Below are positions 49,153 through 59,930 of a stretch of DNA of 64,000 bases, in pieces. The stretch is taken from NCBI GenBank assembly GCA_934457095.1, contig CAKSHJ010000009.1, positions 2,621 through 66,620 of the forward strand, written 5' to 3'. Origin of the DNA: an uncultured Eubacteriales bacterium (GTDB lineage: Bacteria; Bacillota; Clostridia; Oscillospirales; Acutalibacteraceae). The notes beneath the pieces were generated by a model, which was not told where the DNA came from, did not search any database, and saw only the letters and a program-made list of their open reading frames with translations. Numbering within the stretch: the first letter of the stretch is position 1; every line of letters starts with the position of its first letter. The position numbers and the translations under genes were made by a program.

Positions 49153-49470
49153 GAATCTGCACCTCCATTATAATGTTACTCTGTTTTTTATTTTAGCACT
49201 TTTTTACGCATTGGCAAAGGCGCAATCGCAAATTTTTCATAATTTTGTGAGCATTGTAAATTGTGAGAAAAAACAGAACCCGTTTTTTGTTCAATGCCAT
49301 AAAGGCATATCGGTGTTTAGGTACAGAAAAAAGCGGCATACTTTAAGAGAAACAGCGGAATTTATAAAAAATTCGCAACAGGACAAGGGGGTGTATTGCT
49401 ATTTGCGGCTGCAATGCGTATAATGAAAAATAACGAAAAATTTGCAGCACAAAGGGGGAAGATAACAGAT

Positions 49471-50862
49471 ATGGACAACAGAGTAGCGGCGTTTTTTGAG
49501 GATTTGCAGGGGAAGAAAGTGGCATTTTTGGGTCTTGGCGGCAGCAATGTGCCGCTTGCAAAAATTTTTGCGCAAAAGGGCGCGGTGGTATTTGCCTGCG
49601 ATAAACGTGAGCGCGCCCAACTTGACGACAGCGGCAATGAATTGGAGGCGTTGGGTATTACCTTGAGAACCGGCGCGGATTATTTGCGGGATTTGCAGGT
49701 AGATATGATGTTCCGCACGCCGGGTATGCGGTTTCATACGCAGGAGTTGGAGCAGGCAAGAGCGCGCGGCGTTGCAGTGACCTCTGAAATGGAGGTGTTT
49801 TTTGAATTGTGTCCGTGTAAAATATACGCCGTGACCGGTAGCGACGGCAAAACCACCACGACCACTATTATCTCCGAATTATTAAAGGCGGCGGGTAAAA
49901 CCGTACATTTGGGCGGGAATATTGGCAGGCCGCTTTTGCCGGAGGTTGACAGGATAAGCAGAACCGATGCCGCAGTGGTAGAGTTGTCAAGTTTTCAGCT
50001 TATCTCCATGCGGCGGAGCCCGCAGGTGGCTGTGGTGACGAATCTTTCGCCCAACCACTTGGATATGCACAAGGATATGGACGAATATGTGCAGGCAAAG
50101 CGTAATTTGGTGCTGCATCAGACGGCTGATTCCAAAACGGTGCTCAATGCCGAGAGCCCGCTTGCCATAAGTTTTGCACCGGACGCCAGAGGGCAATTGT
50201 TTACTTTCAGCAGTGAAAAACCGTGTCGGTACGGCGCTTATTTACGCGGTGACGGCATGTTGGTTATGGCAGAGAACGGCACAGAAACCGAAATCCTACA
50301 TTGCAGTGAGATTCGAATTCCCGGCAGGCATAATATTGAAAATTATTTGGCTGCAATTACCGCGGTTTGGAGAGAGGTATCCGTAGAGGTAATTTGTAAG
50401 GTGGCCAAAAATTTTAGCGGCGTGGAGCACCGCAACGAGTTGGTACGCGTGGTAAACGGCGTTTCTTATTATAACGACTCAATCGGAACCAGTCCCAGCA
50501 GAACCGCAAACGGAACTTTGCAGCTATATGGCCGGAAAATTATTTTAATTGCCGGGGGTTATGATAAGCAGCTTTGCTACGATGAAATCGGTTCGGTGAT
50601 AGTCGATAGAGTAAAAATTTTGATTTTAATGGGTGCAACCGCGGACAAAATAGAACATGCCGTAAAAAAAGCGCGAAATTACAAGGAGGGCACACCGGTT
50701 ATTTTGCGGGCAAATTGTATGGAGGAGGCTGTGGCTTTGGCAGAGCGTTCTGCCCAACCCGGCGATATTGTTTCGCTTTCGCCGGCTTCGGCCAGCTTTG
50801 ACCTGTATGAAAATTTTGCGGCAAGAGGCGAACATTTTAAAGCGTTGGTAAACCGATTATAA
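49471..50862 (+). CDS. murD: UDP-N-acetylmuramoyl-L-alanine--D-glutamate ligase
   Basis: Rossmann-like N-terminus VAFLGLGGSNVPLAKIF and Mur ligase P-loop VTGSDGKTTTT. Start at ATG 49471; the tracked ORF starts at 49396. Confidence 0.9.
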   Translation: MDNRVAAFFEDLQGKKVAFLGLGGSNVPLAKIFAQKGAVVFACDKRERAQLDDSGNELEALGITLRTGADYLRDLQVDMMFRTPGMRFHTQELEQARARGVAVTSEMEVFFELCPCKIYAVTGSDGKTTTTTIISELLKAAGKTVHLGGNIGRPLLPEVDRISRTDAAVVELSSFQLISMRRSPQVAVVTNLSPNHLDMHKDMDEYVQAKRNLVLHQTADSKTVLNAESPLAISFAPDARGQLFTFSSEKPCRYGAYLRGDGMLVMAENGTETEILHCSEIRIPGRHNIENYLAAITAVWREVSVEVICKVAKNFSGVEHRNELVRVVNGVSYYNDSIGTSPSRTANGTLQLYGRKIILIAGGYDKQLCYDEIGSVIVDRVKILILMGATADKIEHAVKKARNYKEGTPVILRANCMEEAVALAERSAQPGDIVSLSPASASFDLYENFAARGEHFKALVNRL

Positions 50863-50873
50863 AGGAGAAAAAT

Positions 50874-51890
50874 ATGGAACAATTAAAAGAATTGCTGTTT
50901 GCGCTTTGCCACGCGCCGGGTACGCCCGGTGACGAAGGTGTGGCGGCGGAGCAGGCAAAGCGGGCATTGGAGCGCTGGTGCAATCAGGTGACGATTGACT
51001 GCATGGGGAATGTGGTGGCGTTTGTGGGGAACGAAAATGCGCAGCGACAAATTATGCTGGACGCGCATTTGGACCAGATTGGCATGGTGGTGACGCAAAT
51101 TGACGAAAACGGCTTTTTGCACATTGCGCCGTGCGGCGGCATTGACCGCCGGGCATTGCCGGGCGCAGCGGTAACGGTATATGGCAAAGAGACCTTGCCG
51201 GGTATTGTGTGCTGTTTGCCGCCCCATTTAACCGAAGACGACGGTAGTAAAGTAGCGCCGGTGGACAAAATGGCGGTAGATTTGGGATTGAGTCGGGAGC
51301 GGGCAGAAGAACTGGTGGCTCCGGGCGACCGCATTGTGATAAAAGGTGCGCCCAGAACATTGCTGAATCACCGGGTGAGTGCGCCGGCATTGGACGACCG
51401 TGCAGGTTGTGCGGCGGTCATAGAATGTATGCGTTTATTGCATGGTAAAACGCTGGACTGCGGGGTGACCGTGCTGCTGAGTACCAGAGAAGAAACCGGC
51501 GGTCAGGGGGCGCAAACAGGTACATTTGCGATTTTCCCGACCGAAGCGATAGCGGTGGATGTGAGCTTTGCCGATCAACCGGGTGTTGCTGCGGAAAAAT
51601 GCGGCAAATTGGGCGGCGGACCAATGATAGGTTTTGCGCCGACTTTGGATACGGAGATGAGAGAGCAGCTTTTGCGCCTTGCAAAGGCCGGAGAAATTCC
51701 GCACCAGGCGGAGGTGATGGGCGGAGCTACCGGTACCAATGCCGATGCAATCGGAGTGACGCAAACCGGCGTGAGAACGGCGTTGCTGTCGATCCCGTTG
51801 CGCTATATGCATACCACCGTAGAAACCGCGGATTTACACGATATTGCAAATACGGCAAGACTGCTGGCGGATTATATTCATCATAGATAA
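50874..51890 (+). CDS. M42-family metallo-aminopeptidase
   Basis: LCHAPGTPGDE...DAHLDQIGMVVT...ALDDRAGC...TREETG. Confidence 0.85.
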   Translation: MEQLKELLFALCHAPGTPGDEGVAAEQAKRALERWCNQVTIDCMGNVVAFVGNENAQRQIMLDAHLDQIGMVVTQIDENGFLHIAPCGGIDRRALPGAAVTVYGKETLPGIVCCLPPHLTEDDGSKVAPVDKMAVDLGLSRERAEELVAPGDRIVIKGAPRTLLNHRVSAPALDDRAGCAAVIECMRLLHGKTLDCGVTVLLSTREETGGQGAQTGTFAIFPTEAIAVDVSFADQPGVAAEKCGKLGGGPMIGFAPTLDTEMREQLLRLAKAGEIPHQAEVMGGATGTNADAIGVTQTGVRTALLSIPLRYMHTTVETADLHDIANTARLLADYIHHR

Positions 51891-51906
51891 GCAAAGGAGA
51901 GGTTTT

Positions 51907-52941
51907 ATGGCAAATATAAAATTGCTGGAGCAGCTGTGTGTATTGCCCGGTGTTTCCGGCAGAGAGGAACCGGTAAGAGATTTTATTCTGGCGCAAATTA
52001 CCCCCTTTGCAGACAGTGTGACTGTGGACGCTATGGGGAATATTATAGCCGAGAAAAAGGGTGCGCAGCCGGCCAAAACCAAATTGATGCTCAATGCGCA
52101 TATGGACGAGGTGGGTCTGATTGTAACGCATATAGACGAGAACGGTTACCTGAAATTTGCCACGGTGGGCGGCATTGACAAGCGTGTGCTTTGCGGCAGA
52201 AGCGTGACCGTTGGCAACGGTGTGTCGGGGGTAATTGGCGCTAAACCGGTGCATTTGCTCAAAGGCGAGGAAAAAGGCAAGGCTGTACCCTTGGACGATT
52301 TGTATTTGGACATTGGCGCAAACAGCCGTGCCGAGGCGGAAAAGGTGGTTAGCTTGGGAGATACGGTTTGTTTTTACTCGGAATTTGACGCGCAGAACGG
52401 TATGATTTACGGGCGTGCATTGGACGACCGGGTAGGCTGTGCCATTTTAATTGAAATGATACAAGGCGATTTGCCGTATGATATGACCTTTGTGTTCTGT
52501 GTGCAGGAGGAGGTCGGTACAAGGGGCTCGAAAACGGCGGCATATCGGGTAAATCCGCAGGCGGCCATTGTGGTGGAGACGACTACCGCTGCCGATATTG
52601 CGGGCGTACGCCCCGAAAAACAGGTGTGTAATTTGGGAAAAGGTCCGGTGCTTTCCTTTATGGACAAGGGCACAATTTATGACCGTGCATACTACTGTTT
52701 GGCGTTGGAACTTGCAAAGCAGGAACGGCTTCCCTGTCAGGTGAAGCAGGCGGTAGCCGGCGGCAATGACGCTGCGGCAATTCACACAAGCAGGGCGGGC
52801 GTGCGTACCGTTGCGGTTTCGTTGGCGTGCCGGTATTTGCACGCCGCAACGGGACAAATTGCACAGACTGACTTTGATGCAGCACAAAAATTGGTACAAA
52901 AGTTGGCAGAGCGTATTGCGGGCAGCGCTCCGCAGGAATAA
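51907..52941 (+). CDS. M42-family metallo-aminopeptidase (paralog)
   Basis: LCVLPGVSGREE...NAHMDEVGLIVT...ALDDRVGC...VQEEVG. ATG 51907 follows AAAGGAGAGG. Confidence 0.85.
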   Translation: MANIKLLEQLCVLPGVSGREEPVRDFILAQITPFADSVTVDAMGNIIAEKKGAQPAKTKLMLNAHMDEVGLIVTHIDENGYLKFATVGGIDKRVLCGRSVTVGNGVSGVIGAKPVHLLKGEEKGKAVPLDDLYLDIGANSRAEAEKVVSLGDTVCFYSEFDAQNGMIYGRALDDRVGCAILIEMIQGDLPYDMTFVFCVQEEVGTRGSKTAAYRVNPQAAIVVETTTAADIAGVRPEKQVCNLGKGPVLSFMDKGTIYDRAYYCLALELAKQERLPCQVKQAVAGGNDAAAIHTSRAGVRTVAVSLACRYLHAATGQIAQTDFDAAQKLVQKLAERIAGSAPQE

Positions 52942-52954
52942 AAAAGGAGAAACC

Positions 52955-54223
52955 ATGCTTTACCCGGAATTTCATATTGACCAGAAAATTCAGGCAGCGG
53001 CAGCGCAAACGCTGGAAATGATTGCGCCCCGTTTGCGTAAAATTGATGAGACCACGGAATATAACCAGCAGAAAATGTTGGCGGCTTTTCGGCAGGCGCG
53101 AATCAGCGAGAGCCATTTTGCGGCCTCAACCGGCTACGGCTACGGAGACAGAGGCAGAGACGCTTTAGACGAGGTTTATGCCAAGGTGTTTGGCGCGCAG
53201 GATGCCTTGGTACGGCATCATTTTGCAAGCGGTACGCATGCGCTGGCCGTTGCGTTATTCGGCGTTTTGCGACCGGGTGACACCATGCTGAGTGTGACCG
53301 GCCTTCCTTACGATACCCTCAGGGGAGTCATTGGCATAACGGGGGACGGCAACGGTTCGCTGCGGGAATTTGGCATTGCCTATGAGGAGGTGCCGCTTAC
53401 CGACGCCGGCTTGCCGAATTACGAGGCGATAGAGCAGGCGATTACACCCGGTTTAAAAATGGTATATATCCAGCGCTCCCGCGGGTATAGTCTGCGACCG
53501 TCCTTATTTGTGGAGGACATTGAAAAAATTGCCAAAATCGCAAAGAAGAAGGCGCCCGACTGCATTGTTATGGTGGACAATTGTTACGGGGAGTTTGTGC
53601 AAACGGAGGAGCCTACAAGTTGGGGAGCGGATTTGATGGCAGGCTCTTTGATTAAAAATCCGGGCGGAGGCATAGCGCCTGCGGGCGGGTATATTGCCGG
53701 CAGAAAAGATTTGGTGCAAAGTTGTGCGTATCGACTGACTACGCCGGGTACGGGCAAAGAAATCGGCGCGACTTTGGGCAGTAACAGAGAGCTGTTTATG
53801 GGAGCTTTTCAGGCGCCGCATGTGACCGGAGAGGCATTGAAAACAGCGGTATTTGCGGCGGGTTTGCTCAGTTGTTTTGGTTATGAGGTGACCCCTAATT
53901 GGAATGAGGAGCGAGCGGATATTATTCAGGCGGTGCTACTAGAGAAGGAACAGGCATTGGTAGCATTTTGTCAGGGTATGCAAAAGGGCGCGCCGGTGGA
54001 CTCTTTTGTGGTGCCGGAGCCATGGGATATGCCCGGCTATGATTGCAAGGTGATTATGGCAGCCGGAGCGTTTACTTTAGGGGCCTCCATAGAGCTTTCT
54101 GCCGACGCGCCTCTGCGTGAGCCGTATGCGGCGTGGTTACAGGGAGGGCTGCATTTTCACAGCGGAAAATTAGGTGTAATGCTGGCGTTACAAAGTATGC
54201 TGGAGCAGAATCTGTTAAAATAG
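52955..54223 (+). CDS. PLP-dependent methionine gamma-lyase-family / aluminium-resistance (YnbB-like) protein
   Basis: SESHFAASTGYGYGDRGRDALDEVYAKVFGAQDALVR...SGTHAL. ATG 52955 follows AAGGAGA; the tracked ORF starts at 52766. Confidence 0.75.
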   Translation: MLYPEFHIDQKIQAAAAQTLEMIAPRLRKIDETTEYNQQKMLAAFRQARISESHFAASTGYGYGDRGRDALDEVYAKVFGAQDALVRHHFASGTHALAVALFGVLRPGDTMLSVTGLPYDTLRGVIGITGDGNGSLREFGIAYEEVPLTDAGLPNYEAIEQAITPGLKMVYIQRSRGYSLRPSLFVEDIEKIAKIAKKKAPDCIVMVDNCYGEFVQTEEPTSWGADLMAGSLIKNPGGGIAPAGGYIAGRKDLVQSCAYRLTTPGTGKEIGATLGSNRELFMGAFQAPHVTGEALKTAVFAAGLLSCFGYEVTPNWNEERADIIQAVLLEKEQALVAFCQGMQKGAPVDSFVVPEPWDMPGYDCKVIMAAGAFTLGASIELSADAPLREPYAAWLQGGLHFHSGKLGVMLALQSMLEQNLLK

Positions 54224-54232
54224 CAAAAATGG

Positions 54233-54261
54233 TTGACTTTTGGGAGTAATTGCGGTATAAT
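54233..54261 (+). promoter_or_regulatory. promoter of tRNA-Leu
   Basis: TTGACT (54233-54238), 17-nt spacer, TATAAT (54256-54261). Confidence 0.65.
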
Positions 54262-54297
54262 CCTATTTGCGTTTGCGATGCGAGCGCATTTGATTAT

Positions 54298-54380
<83 letters not shown>

Positions 54381-54718
54381 AGCAAGGGCAACAAAATAGG
54401 TTGTCCGCGGCAAAGCCGCAGAAAAAAACCAGTGCTGATGCGGGTTTGCGGGCTTTTTTGAAGCGAAAAGCAAGAAAGGGTTGCCGTGGGTGTCCAAGTC
54501 CCAAAAGAGAACCAATGCATGAGAAATTAGGCAGGAGGTTCTCTTTTTTGCTTCATCTTTCGGGTTTGCCGGGAGCATGGAACATTTCTCTCGCACACAG
54601 AGAAAAATTTTTACAAAAAGTGAGGTGCGCGAGCAAAAAAGCGGGCACGCCCGCAAAAAATATTTTCCCGTTTGGATGGGGAGCAAAGCGCGCTGAAAAG
54701 GACACAGCGCGCTTTTTT

Positions 54719-54910
54719 TCATGCTTGCCTTAAACCTTTGATATACACTATTCTATTTTCCGTATTTCTCTGGAAGTGCCCCCATTTACACCTATTTTCA
54801 GCCATATACAAGATTGCGTTAATAAAGACGTAATGATCAATTTTTACATTTCCTCGCTGAATTGGAAAATACTTTTCAATTCGGGCATACCGTTCTTTTG
54901 TGATTTTCAT
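54719..54910 (-). pseudogene. IS5/IS1182-type transposase N-terminal (DUF4096) fragment
   Basis: 63 aa: ...RYARIEKYFPIQRGNVKIDHYVFINAILYMAENRCKWGHF... The catalytic DDE part is absent. Confidence 0.65.
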
Positions 54911-55585
54911 ATTTGTATTGTATCATACTATTTAATTAGCATCAAAACACGCTAAAAACAGAAGAAACCGTAGGAACCAAACATGAGAAAGAGGTTACGG
55001 ATTGCGCCGGCGACCGGGATATCGGCGGTGCTGTGAGGAATATTTTTGGTCTTGCCGATGCTGTACGCGCGGCCCATCCCGGAGGAGATCTACGATTTGT
55101 CGCTGCTGGGCCGCCGAGCGGGAAGGGGTGTCGAAAGACGGGGTATACGACCAAACGGGCGGGGAGATGTTCACCCGGCAGGGTGATGAGGAAACGGTGG
55201 CCGGATATCTCGACGAGCTCATCGGCGAACAGAAAAAATCCACCCTGTTGTGCAGAGTGGAAATGAAACGATTGATCTTCTGTTAAACGGTAGGCTCGGG
55301 GATGTCCTGCAGCAGGGAGTGCGTTTGGAAATCACCAACGCGGCGGCGGATTCTACGAAAAGCAGTGCGGCGAACGACAAATTTTATGAGCAGGTACAAA
55401 ATGTGATTTCGGATTATTGGCGGGACGGTTATGACACGGAGATTCGTTTTACGGCTGGCTAGGCCGGCGCACAGGTAAACGGCAAGACGGTCAGAAATCA
55501 GATTGGATATGAGGTCACAGGGGATGGCGACTTTTCATTTCTGCGGAAACTTTTTTCGATATTACCGGGAAAATCCTTTCTTTGA

Positions 55586-56143
55586 AAGAGGGTAGCAATT
55601 ACGGTCAAAGAAGAAAAAGCAGAAGTGCCCGACAGCCAATTCCAAACCGTGCGTCTGATTGTGGATTCCCAAAAATGTACCATTGACGGGTCAGAATATG
55701 GCGCGGATGTCATTAACATGAGTCTAACCGCCAAAACCGGTGTTGCATCTGATTCCTACTATCTGGATCGGGCAGTCAACTAGGCCGTAACGAATCAGGT
55801 GGTTGTGATAGCCGCTGCTGGCAACGACGCATCCGATACCGCCCTATACTGTCCCGCACATATCCCGGAGTTGCTTTGTGTGATTGCGGTGGATTCCAAA
55901 GACCAGCTGGCATCTTTCTCGAATTACGGTTCTGCGGTAGACTTGGCCGCACCGGGCGTGAGTATCCAAAGCGTGGTTCCGAATGGCTACGGTTATAAAA
56001 GCGGCACTTCGATGGCGGCTCCTCATGTAGCTGCCCGCCGCAATCTCAAAAACCAAACAAAATTCTTCGAAGCAACGTTGAGAGAACAGCTACCCGGATT
56101 ACGGTCAACAATCCGCCAGCCCGTGTGGCTTCGGTTATTTTGA
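55586..56143 (+). pseudogene. subtilisin-like (S8) serine protease fragment with an in-frame stop
   Basis: ...GADVINMSL...YLDRAVN*(TAG 55781-55783)...VVVIAAAGND...FSNYGSAVDLAAPG...SGTSMAAPHVA. The N-terminal Asp/His region is missing and the tail is out of character. Confidence 0.65.
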
Positions 56144-56703
56144 AGGATTCTTCCGGCAAGTCGTTATCTGTTTAGACACCTGTGAATGGAAGTGTTTCGT
56201 TTACCAGGCTATCCTCCTTAACCTCGTATCAGGTCGTAGTCTGCAATGATAGCGGCAAAAGCGAGCATTTGAGCGTATTTACAAAATATCAAATCAAAAG
56301 CAGCGGCGGTGGTTCTGGGCAGAAAAGCAGCGGCAATTAAGAACGGCATGAATGCCCGCATCGCAAAACCGCTGGATATGAATATTTTCATGCGTGTCCT
56401 CTATCAGTTCCTTGATTAAAACGCAAGGAGGCTTCATCCGGATACAGCAAAGTACGCCTCCCTTTCCGGTTGAAGAAGTATGGGGCGGCGGCGAAATGGA
56501 AAAAGAGGAACCTGATGAAGGCGGTCAATGTTCCGCAACTGTCCGATTTCCCCATGCGGTTTCTGTTTTTTGAGAATTTTCATTCAATAGACCATTGTGT
56601 TTCCGGGAGGATTTTTTTACAATAAAAGCGTTAAACTTTCAAATTCCTTCCAAAAGGATTCGATTCTCTAGGGAGGCTATTTTGGAGAAAAGGAGCAGAT
56701 ACC

Positions 56704-57336
56704 ATGAAGCAAACAGAGAATAGCTGTCGGTTTCCTCTGGGGCAGGAGGGAAAACAAATGCTCGCGGAAATGAATGTACATCACGCGGCTGTGAACGCAT
56801 TGACGCAGTGGTGCCTGAATGTGCAGAACGGGGATGTTGTGTTGGATATTGGGTGCGGCGGCGGTCGAGTGCTGCGGCAGCTGGCGGACACCATAACGCA
56901 CGGAAAGCTGTATGGGGTCGATTATTCCGAAACCTCCGTGCAGTGTGCGCAGGCGGAAAATGCCGCTGGGATCACAACCGGGAAGGTAACGGTTTGCCTA
57001 GGGGATGTCGCTGAGCTCCCCTTTCCGGACGCCATGTTTGACAAAGTTTACTCCATTGAAAGCTACTTTTTCTGGCCGGATTTAGCCAGCAATCTGTGTG
57101 AGATTTTTCGCGTGGTGAAGCCGGGCGGGAAGGTCTGTATCGCGGAGAATGTCATGCGCCGGGAACAGTATACGGACGCGCAATGGCAGGAGATGGAAAA
57201 CTATGAGATGCACCCAGTAAGCGCGGATGTGTTCGCGGGGCTACTCAAGGCGGCGGGATTTGCGGATGTAACGGCATATATGCGGTTTGAGGAGCAGCGG
57301 GAGCAGCTGTGCATGGAAGCGTATAAGCCGCAATAA
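56704..57336 (+). CDS. class I SAM-dependent methyltransferase
   Basis: Motif I VLDIGCGGG, then post-I YGVDYS and a Methyltransf_11-like FDKVYSIESYFFW. Confidence 0.8.
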   Translation: MKQTENSCRFPLGQEGKQMLAEMNVHHAAVNALTQWCLNVQNGDVVLDIGCGGGRVLRQLADTITHGKLYGVDYSETSVQCAQAENAAGITTGKVTVCLGDVAELPFPDAMFDKVYSIESYFFWPDLASNLCEIFRVVKPGGKVCIAENVMRREQYTDAQWQEMENYEMHPVSADVFAGLLKAAGFADVTAYMRFEEQREQLCMEAYKPQ

Positions 57337-57420
57337 AAACCAAAGGCATCCCCAGGACGAACATCGTTCATGGGGATGCCTTTTTTGCGGTCATGGGATG
57401 GACGGCCCGGCTGCTTTTGT

Positions 57421-58002
57421 CTAGCTGAGAGAAAACAGGATTTTGTAGGCCGTCATGTAGTGGCCGTACAGGGGGGAGGCGTCCTTGGAAAAAATCGCAT
57501 CCTTGCCCCGACCAACCAGACCCGCACTCAGAATTTCCGCAATTTCAAAACTTTCCTGTCTGCTGCAGTTGCGGTGCTGCAGAATCTCCACGAAAATTGA
57601 ACAGGTGAATTCCTTCCACTTCTTTAAAAACAGCGGGTCTAAGTTTTCCTTGACCAGACATTTCAGAAGATGTTGGTGCCGCAAAAAGAACCCGGAAAAG
57701 TAGTCCGCCAACGCGGAAGGGTTTTGGCTGGCCAGCATGGCCACGTGCGATTGCTTTGGTTCTGTGATGATGCGGGCCGGCGCCACATAAAGTTCGTCCC
57801 TCTGCTGCGCCAGGGAATGGATGAAATCGTGCGAAAAGCTGTGCCACACCTCCGCCATGCCGGGAAATTGCTTGTAAAACGTGCTGCGGGCGATCTGTGC
57901 TTTCGCGATCACCATGGACACACTGATTTTTTCACAGCGCGTCTTTTTGCTCAGGGCCAGCGTCGCTTCCTTGATTTTCCGCACGCTCCCGACCGCATTC
58001 AT
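57421..58002 (-). CDS. TetR/AcrR-family transcriptional regulator
   Basis: N-terminal HTH ...ISVSMVIAKAQIARSTFYKQF. Start set at ATG 58002 behind AAAGGGGA; the tracked ORF extends to 58083. Confidence 0.75.
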   Translation of the reverse strand: MNAVGSVRKIKEATLALSKKTRCEKISVSMVIAKAQIARSTFYKQFPGMAEVWHSFSHDFIHSLAQQRDELYVAPARIITEPKQSHVAMLASQNPSALADYFSGFFLRHQHLLKCLVKENLDPLFLKKWKEFTCSIFVEILQHRNCSRQESFEIAEILSAGLVGRGKDAIFSKDASPLYGHYMTAYKILFSLS

Positions 58003-58298
58003 ACCGTCATCCCCTTTCTCGATGGTTTTCGACAAAAATTCATGCTTAGGTCGATTGTAGCGCATGGAAAAAAGGCCTGTCAAGAAGAATTTGCCTCATT
58101 GAGAAAAATTAGGCAATAATGGTGGGCCTGGCTGACGATCCCCTCAGAAACGGTCAAAACAGGAGGGCAGATAAAGCAGGAACATTGTCTATCGGGAGTG
58201 AGAAACATTAGTCAATAATCTGTGGTGTTAAACAAACCGCTATGCTACAATGAAATCGTAAACACACAAGCAAACCAATTGGGAATGGAGGTTCCATC

Positions 58299-59900
58299 AT
58301 GAAAACCAAGACAAAAATTTTTTCCTGGGTGGCTGCGGCCGTGCTGACGGCAGCGATGCTCATCTCTTTGGCCGGCTGCGGGAATGAGCCGTCGGCCGGC
58401 ACCCCGGCAAACAGTACGCAAACCGCGGGTTCCTCCACCAAAAAGGATACCCTGATCCTTGCCGGAGACTATGGTAGCCCTATGAATCCAGTGCTGCATA
58501 ATACGGCGGACGTGCAGTCTGTGATTTTCTCCGGCCTGCTCAAGCTGGATTCCAAGAATCAGCCGATTTTGGATTTGGCAAAAAGCTACGATTACGACGA
58601 GGCCTCGATGACGTACACCTTCCATCTGCGGGAGGGGGTCAAGTGGCACGACGGCAAAGAGTTTACCGCGGACGACTGCGTTTTTACCTACACCGTCCTG
58701 ACCCAGGATAAAAGCATCAGCTCCGATGTGCTTTCGAATTACCTGGATGTAGCGTCGGTTTCCGCGCCGGATAAGCTCACCTTTGTGGTCAAAATGAAAG
58801 AGCCGAACCTCGCCATGCCCGCCTACTTTACCATCGGCATCATCCCGAAACACCTGCTGGAGGGCAAGGACATCAATACCGACGCGTTTAACCAGCATCC
58901 CATCGGCACCGGCAGATACAAGTTTGTCTCCAAGGACACCGCAAGCAACAGCGTTGTCCTGGAACGCAATGAGGATTACTACGATAACGTCCCCAAAATC
59001 AAGAGCCTGATCTTCAAAAATGTTGCCGATGAAACCGTGAAGGCCAATATGGCGCAGTCCGGCGAGGTGGACATCGCGTGGCTCAACGCCAATTATATCA
59101 AGAGTTTCCAGGGGAACCCAGACTATCAGATCACCCGGCATAACTGCTGTGATTTCCGCGGCATCACCCTGCGGTACGACGGCGGGTTCTGGAAGGACAA
59201 CGCGGACAGCGCCTATGCCCTAAACTATGCGATCGACAAGCAGGCCATCCTCAAAGCGACAGTCGACGGGAAAGGCGAGGTCGCCTACAGCCCTCTGCAG
59301 AAAACGAACCTCGGCGGCAACAAAAACGCTGACCTCTACCTTTACGATGTAGCGCAGGCCGCCAAAGAACTGGAAAAGCTGGGATGGAAAAAGGGCAGCG
59401 ATGGCATCCTTGAGCGCAAAGGCCAGAGATTCAGCTTCACCCTCATGGCGCCGGAATCCGAGGTCGAGCGGGTCGACATGGCAAAGCTGGTTGCCGATCA
59501 GCTCAAGGCCGTTGGCGTAGAAGTGAAGGTGTTCCCGCTGGCAAGCTGGGATTGGACCGGCTATGATTCCTATTTGGTCGGGGAGGCGTTTATCTTTGAC
59601 GCCGATCAGTGCTACGCGTTTTATACCACCGGCGGCAGCAATAACGGGCAGGGCTACAGCAACCAAAAAGTGGATGAACTGCTGGCCCGGGCAAGGCACG
59701 AAACCGATCTCAGCAAACGGCAGGCCCTGTACGGCGAATTTGAAGTCGAGCAGGCTAAGAACCCGCGCGTCCTCCTGCTGAACTACCTGGATGCTTTCTA
59801 TGTTAGCAAGTCTCAGATCAGGGGTATCGACGAGGGCAAGATTTTAGGGCACCATTCCCGCGGGATGCTTTGGAACGTGGAGAACTGGTACTTCGAGTAA
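58299..59900 (+). CDS. ABC transporter substrate-binding lipoprotein, family 5 (peptide/nickel type)
   Basis: Lipobox LISLAGCG and an SBP_bac_5-like sequence (FHLREGVKWHDGKEFTADD, GTGRYKF). Confidence 0.85.
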   Translation: MKTKTKIFSWVAAAVLTAAMLISLAGCGNEPSAGTPANSTQTAGSSTKKDTLILAGDYGSPMNPVLHNTADVQSVIFSGLLKLDSKNQPILDLAKSYDYDEASMTYTFHLREGVKWHDGKEFTADDCVFTYTVLTQDKSISSDVLSNYLDVASVSAPDKLTFVVKMKEPNLAMPAYFTIGIIPKHLLEGKDINTDAFNQHPIGTGRYKFVSKDTASNSVVLERNEDYYDNVPKIKSLIFKNVADETVKANMAQSGEVDIAWLNANYIKSFQGNPDYQITRHNCCDFRGITLRYDGGFWKDNADSAYALNYAIDKQAILKATVDGKGEVAYSPLQKTNLGGNKNADLYLYDVAQAAKELEKLGWKKGSDGILERKGQRFSFTLMAPESEVERVDMAKLVADQLKAVGVEVKVFPLASWDWTGYDSYLVGEAFIFDADQCYAFYTTGGSNNGQGYSNQKVDELLARARHETDLSKRQALYGEFEVEQAKNPRVLLLNYLDAFYVSKSQIRGIDEGKILGHHSRGMLWNVENWYFE

Positions 59901-59930
59901 GAGCCTGTTTCAAATCTGTCCGCACACAGA

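Noticed and set aside
49153-49470. Purine riboswitch or other leader upstream of purC
   Set aside because: I looked on the minus strand for the conserved purine-riboswitch junction and loop sequences and did not find them. Only AT-rich promoter-like sequence is present.
58245-59141. 298-aa minus-strand ORF
   Set aside because: Antisense to the family-5 substrate-binding lipoprotein gene. This is a GC-rich antisense artefact.
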